Below, piece by piece: positions 62,943 to 64,000 of a stretch of 64,000 nt of DNA. The stretch is from assembly GCA_963727455.1 (NCBI GenBank), contig CAVSGG010000008.1, positions 224,001 through 288,000 on the forward strand, written 5' to 3'. Numbering within the stretch: position 1 is the first letter of the stretch; each line of letters opens with the position of its first letter. The DNA is from Candidatus Krumholzibacteriota bacterium (GTDB lineage Bacteria; Krumholzibacteriota; Krumholzibacteriia; JAJRXK01). The notes beneath the pieces are model-generated. The model worked only from the letters and a program-made list of their open reading frames with translations. It did no database searches and was not told where the DNA came from. The position numbers were made by a program, and so were the translations under genes.

Positions 62943-64000
62943 ATGATTGCTGACATCGGGAATGTAGCCTTGATGGCTGCTCTGGCATTTGCGGTCTACG
63001 CACTGCTGAGTTCGATTCTGGGCTCGCTGCGAGACAATGCAAGACTCACCGAAAGCGGTCAACGTGCGGTGGGTGTGGTATTCGCCATGGTGAGTCTGGC
63101 CATGGTGATGCTCATCACCCTGCTCGTGACCGACAAGTTCCACTTCGCCTACGTCGCGAGCGAAAGCAACCGCGATCTGCCTCTCTTCTACAAGGTCGGT
63201 TCGCTCTGGGCGGGGCAAAATGGTTCGCTTCTGCTCTGGACTTGGTGCGTGAGCGCGTACTCGGTGGCGGCGGTCCTCACCCAGAAAGACCGTCACAACC
63301 GGCTCCTTCCCATCGCGACCGCGGTCATGATGGGCACGGCGGTGTTCTTTCTCTGCCTAAACAACTTCGCGAGCAATCCCTTCCGGCAGCTCTTCGCGGT
63401 CTCGCAGTCCACCGGAGCCACCAGAGCCTGGGCCCCGGCCGACGGAAATGGACTCAATCCGCTGCTCCAGAACTACTGGATGGTGATCCACCCCCCGATT
63501 CTCTACATCGGCTACACCGGCTTCGTGGTTCCCTTCGCGTTCTGCGTGGCAGCTCTCTTCACGCGACAGCTCGGGAGCGCCTGGGTGCGCACCATCCGGC
63601 GCTGGACGCTCTTCACCTGGCTCTTTTTGGGCGTGGGAATCGTCATGGGCGCCAAGTGGGCCTACATGGAGCTGGGATGGGGCGGTTACTGGGGATGGGA
63701 TCCGGTGGAAAACGCCTCGCTCATGCCCTGGCTGGCCGGAACCGCGTTCTTGCACTCAGTCATCCTGCAGGAAAAGCGCGGAATGCTGAAGGTCTGGAAC
63801 GTCTCGTTGATCTCCGTGACCTATCTCTTGGTGATTTTGGGCACCTTTCTCACCCGAAGTGGCGTGGTCAGCAGCGTCCACTCCTTCGCGCGTTCGAACA
63901 TCGGAGTTCCTTTCGCGATCTTCATTCTCTGCGTAACGGCCGGCACGGCGGCGCTGATACTTTCGCGCCTGCCCTTTTTGAAGAGCGAGAACAAGCTCGA
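62943..64000 (+). CDS. ccmF: Cytochrome c heme lyase CcmF/NrfE family, 3' end outside window
   Basis: Manual translation from ATG 62943: LWAGQNGSLLLW, GLNPLLQNYWMVIHPP, WAYMELGWGGYWGWDPVENASLMPW. Confidence 0.95.
   Translation, partial: MIADIGNVALMAALAFAVYALLSSILGSLRDNARLTESGQRAVGVVFAMVSLAMVMLITLLVTDKFHFAYVASESNRDLPLFYKVGSLWAGQNGSLLLWTWCVSAYSVAAVLTQKDRHNRLLPIATAVMMGTAVFFLCLNNFASNPFRQLFAVSQSTGATRAWAPADGNGLNPLLQNYWMVIHPPILYIGYTGFVVPFAFCVAALFTRQLGSAWVRTIRRWTLFTWLFLGVGIVMGAKWAYMELGWGGYWGWDPVENASLMPWLAGTAFLHSVILQEKRGMLKVWNVSLISVTYLLVILGTFLTRSGVVSSVHSFARSNIGVPFAIFILCVTAGTAALILSRLPFLKSENKL

Overview
GC-rich bacterial chromosomal window with about 48 genes. I recognised no rRNA, tRNA, CRISPR array, transposase or phage genes. 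In order it holds: (1) a PyrR-attenuated pyrR-pyrB-pyrC-[TPR lipoprotein]-pyrK-pyrD operon; (2) ETF-quinone oxidoreductase, a DsrE-like gene, dus and a LysM/TPR lipoprotein; (3) a surface-polysaccharide gene set resembling exosortase A/PEP-CTERM-associated EPS genes, in two blocks separated by an OPT transporter, a Tricorn protease and a lipoprotein, with a 1509-aa secreted lyase-like/Ig-repeat protein at the edge of the second block; (4) an acyl-CoA catabolic cluster; (5) lysine/peptide catabolism with heterodimeric methylmalonyl-CoA mutase and MeaB; (6) secreted proteins with a FlgD-Ig/T9SS-type C-terminal domain (CTD); (7) ccmE (CxxxY type) and ccmF. The PNPFNP...SGVY tails suggest a non-Bacteroidota FCB-group organism such as Krumholzibacteriota, Latescibacterota or Eisenbacteria (inference). 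Many genes between 1.5 and 25.2 kb carry 1-nt indels that look like long-read consensus errors. The best candidate for an undescribed system is a T9SS-like sorting route (CTD cargo plus a PorW/SprE-like lipoprotein) coexisting with a possibly sigma54-driven, PEP-CTERM-type glycan pathway that includes a FemAB-like aminoacyl transferase. All family calls come from reading motifs by eye; no database search was run.
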